DNA from: Octopus bimaculoides
Taxonomy: Eukaryota
Length of the DNA stretch: 54,159 nt
Direction of reading: 5' to 3'
Assembly (NCBI RefSeq): GCF_001194135.2
Contig: NC_068994.1
Coordinates: 52,886,533 to 52,940,691 of the forward strand
Of this stretch, positions 50,931-54,159 are shown piece after piece (the first letter of the stretch is position 1; every line of letters begins with the position of its first letter). The notes under the pieces are model-generated. The model saw only the letters and a program-made list of their open reading frames with translations. It was not told the origin of the DNA and ran no database searches. Position numbers and translations under genes: made by a program.

Positions 50931-52499
50931 CCAAGATTTGACATCGAGATACAACGTATGTTAATGTTTTTATCACTGAAACTGTCACTTACTCTGCATT
51001 TAGTTTATCTATTGCATGCACCTGGTGGTTTGCGATTAGAAGGTTTCGATCCCGTGCCGACGAGGTTATTACTGCTGTTAATGTATTAAAAGAAGGTTAA
51101 AATTAATTGGAAATCTGAAAAATTAATCGACTAAAAGCATTGTTATGAGTAATAAAAAAAGTAATCGATACAAAGTTAGAACCGTTTATTCAACTCTGAT
51201 CAATGTTTTATATAAAATGTTCGGCTTCTCAATGAAGAAATACGGAAGTTACAAACATAAACCAATTTCGGAAAAGAAATAAGGTTTGCACACAAAGAAA
51301 TAAAAGTATGAAGAGCGTTAACAACGAAGATGATGACGACGGCGATGATGATGACGACGACGACGGGAAATGAAAACGACTAGGAATATATAGGATCAAC
51401 ATTCATATCAATATTAACAAAAGAAGCACAAAACATATTAAACATCCTTACGACAATACAAGAAAAAGAAAATGAAATAAAGGGTAAATATATATATATA
51501 TATANNNNNNNNNNNNNNNNNNNNNNNNNNNNNNNNNNNNNNNNNNNNNNNNNNNNNNNNNNNNNNNNNNNNNNNNNNNNNNNNNNNNNNNNNNNNNNNN
51601 NNNNNNNNNNNNNNNNNNNNNNNNNNNNNNNNNNNNNNNNNNNNNNNNNNNNNNNNNNNNNNNNNNNNNNNNNNNNNNNNNNNNNNNNNNNNNNNNNNNN
51701 NNNNNNNNNNNNNNNNNNNNNNNNNNNNNNNNNNNNNNNNNNNNNNNNNNNNNNNNNNNNNNNNNNNNNNNNNNNNNNNNNNNNNNNNNNNNNNNNNNNN
51801 NNNNNNNNNNNNNNNNNNNNNNNNNNNNNNNNNNNNNNNNNNNNNNNNNNNNNNNNNNNNNNNNNNNNNNNNNNNNNNNNNNNNNNNNNNNNNNNNNNNN
51901 NNNNNNNNNNNNNNNNNNNNNNNNNNNNNNNNNNNNNNNNNNNNNNNNNNNNNNNNNNNNNNNNNNNNNNNNNNNNNNNNNNNNNNNNNNNNNNNNNNNN
52001 NNNNNNNNNNNNNNNNNNNNNNNNNNNNNNNNNNNNNNNNNNNNNNNNNNNNNNNNNNNNNNNNNNNNNNNNNNNNNNNNNNNNNNNNNNNNNNNNNNNN
52101 NNNNNNNNNNNNNNNNNNNNNNNNNNNNNNNNNNNNNNNNNNNNNNNNNNNNNNNNNNNNNNNNNNNNNNNNNNNNNNNNNNNNNNNNNNNNNNNNNNNN
52201 NNNNNNNNNNNNNNNNNNNNNNNNNNNNNNNNNNNNNNNNNNNNNNNNNNNNNNNNNNNNNNNNNNNNNNNNNNNNNNNNNNNNNNNNNNNNNNNNNNNN
52301 NNNNNTATAGAAATATATATATACACACATACATACATACATACAAACATACATACATTCATACATACATACATATATTTATATACATATACATATACAT
52401 ATTCACATATATATACATACACATACACACATACACACATGCATACATACATGCACCAACATTCATATAAATCCACGCACATATATACAGTGTTTGGGA

Positions 52500-53715
52500 T
52501 CGTAGCATCTGGTTATCCCCCAACCAAATGTTGTAATGCTTGCATGTAACCGTGTCTACATCCTTACATATCCGCTACACAACTCATGATACCATTTGTA
52601 CTTATATATACCTGTATACATCTGTCGTTTGCTTTATGTCCATAAACACACCTGACTGGTGCAGTGCTGCTTAATTTTTTCTGCGATTTGGTGCTGTGCT
52701 GCTGGTAATCCTTGCTTTCGTCGTTTTACACGCGTTGATCTCTTTATCCATTCCACTAATTTATTATTATACATCAGTATAGAAATCTGCTCTCTTGTAT
52801 ATTTCTAATCAGTAATTTTAAATTCGTTTACGTCCTGTTAATTCCTACATGTGCATTCACAATTTTCATTTAATAACATTTTATATCTGACTTGCACCAG
52901 TACTATTTTCCTCTCTAGGTTCTTCTAAAGCCTACAAACGAACTTCTCATCTCGTGCTTTCTATTTGCATCATTTTAAACATAATACTTCGCTCTCCATC
53001 CGTTCAACACTGTTTTGTCTAGGACATAAGACTTACATTCAAATTTTTCTGTACTTAATCACGGTTAATAATTTCAGCATTGCTACCAGAAATTGTTCTA
53101 TGTTTAGTACACAGAATTATTAGCAGGATTTTTCTTTTGAGTTTAGAACTATTTGGCATATAAATTTTCTCGTTACAATCTTTGATAAGCCTGAGAATAA
53201 TCTTTGCTTCTGTGACCATTTCCTAATAACCAGTAACAATTTTCCTAATAAAATTCTATTACTATATTCCGTAGATAGGTTTGCTTTCTATTTAAAGAGT
53301 TTAGACCGTCTTCTTTCCTATATTTTTGCTCAACATTATCTTCTAATAATAAATTACTAATAAACATTATAAAGTAGGTTTGTTGCTATATATTGATGTA
53401 CAGAGAACGATTCATAACATTTAGCTAAATCTTTTACATTAATTTATTCTCCAGCTATCTAATGCATTTCTTTGTCTTTTCCATCTTTCTTTTATTCCGT
53501 ACTTTTATACATTTTTCTAAAAAGGCAAATGTGTTGTCGGCGATTTTCTTTTTCCCTCTTCCCTTCTTTGGACTTTTTCTATATTTCTGATGAAGAGCTA
53601 CGCTCGAAACGTGACATCCTCTTTCTTTTCTTTCTTTTCTTGGGCGTCCAATAACACTATACTTATTCCACGTCCTCACATGGTTTTTTCTTGCTTGTTC
53701 ATGTTTGGATTGACT
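52500..53715 (+). mobile_element. Decayed Penelope-like element 3' end (GIY-YIG relic, UTR, pLTR-like terminus)
   Basis: Weak peptide traces PPTKCCNAC and YICRLLYV; terminus ctgatgaagagctacgctcgaaacg...ttccacgtcctc...tttggattgactatata resembles Penelope-like termini I recall from octopus. The terminus is better supported than the upstream part. Confidence 0.5.
53583..53617 (+). ncRNA. Minimal type I hammerhead ribozyme-like motif, probably inactive
   Basis: CUGAUGA 53587-53593, extra A, stem II GAGC-uac-GCUC 53595-53605, GAAA 53606-53609, palindromic ACGU; cleavage-site nucleotide is G (53613); stem I ATTT/ACAT with one mismatch. Confidence 0.6.
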
Positions 53716-54117
53716 ATATATATATATATATAATATTCGTACCCAAACTTCTAAAGGGAAATTTAGACCTGTGGATACTTATAAATCTCGACACTCATGT
53801 CAGTCACTCAATGAAGCGTGTATGAGTCATCTGGTAGCTGATTTAAGAATTCTAGATAACGGTATTTATATTCTGGGTGAGCATTATTATATGGAATATA
53901 AGTAGCATCTATCGTGTTTTTGTCATTGGCTTCCTCTAATCACTATTCGGATCTTACCAGGTCAAGTATAGTTCATCTTTAATTTCTACGCTCTATTTTC
54001 TTTTGTGTTGCACCGGAGTGTGAGTGGAAGCAGAAATTCCTTGGCGGAGATACATTAGATGTGTGTGTATGTGTGTGGGTGTATATATATGTATGAATGT
54101 GTATACGTATACATATA

Positions 54118-54159
<42 letters not shown>

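Noticed and set aside
1870-52482. Many long ORFs in the track (YIYI, CVCV, RERE, HTHT, X-runs)
   Set aside because: They are translations of dinucleotide microsatellites and N gaps.

Overview
AT-rich, microsatellite-dense eukaryotic non-coding DNA (intergenic or a very large intron). About 5 kb is N gaps, most of them abutting (TA)n/(CA)n/(GA)n runs. The SINE families, mariner/Tc1/Tigger fossils and Penelope-like termini match what I recognise from Octopus (coleoid cephalopod) genomes; that assignment is recognition, not a database result. I cannot support any complete protein-coding gene, rRNA, true tRNA or CRISPR array, and nearly all ORFs in the track are microsatellite or gap artefacts. 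Supported content: about 20 copies or fragments of three tRNA-derived SINE families (my labels A, B, C); a decayed near-full-length Tigger/pogo transposase (20.5-21.8 kb); CR1-like and L1/Tx1-like LINE 3' ends; several Tc1/mariner fossils; two Penelope-like relics. Best leads: (1) an ~890-bp array of 45-46-bp units with an inverted middle block that could fold into two alternative long hairpins (38.6-39.5 kb); (2) a minimal, probably inactivated hammerhead-ribozyme core in the Penelope-like terminus (53583-53617); (3) two head-to-head SINE pairs about 20 bp apart that could be dsRNA/ADAR substrates; (4) a perfect 38-bp-arm palindrome (5135-5214); (5) a candidate TATA promoter and first exon ending ATG|GTAAGC (11.7-12.0 kb). 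TE boundaries are approximate (tens of bp).
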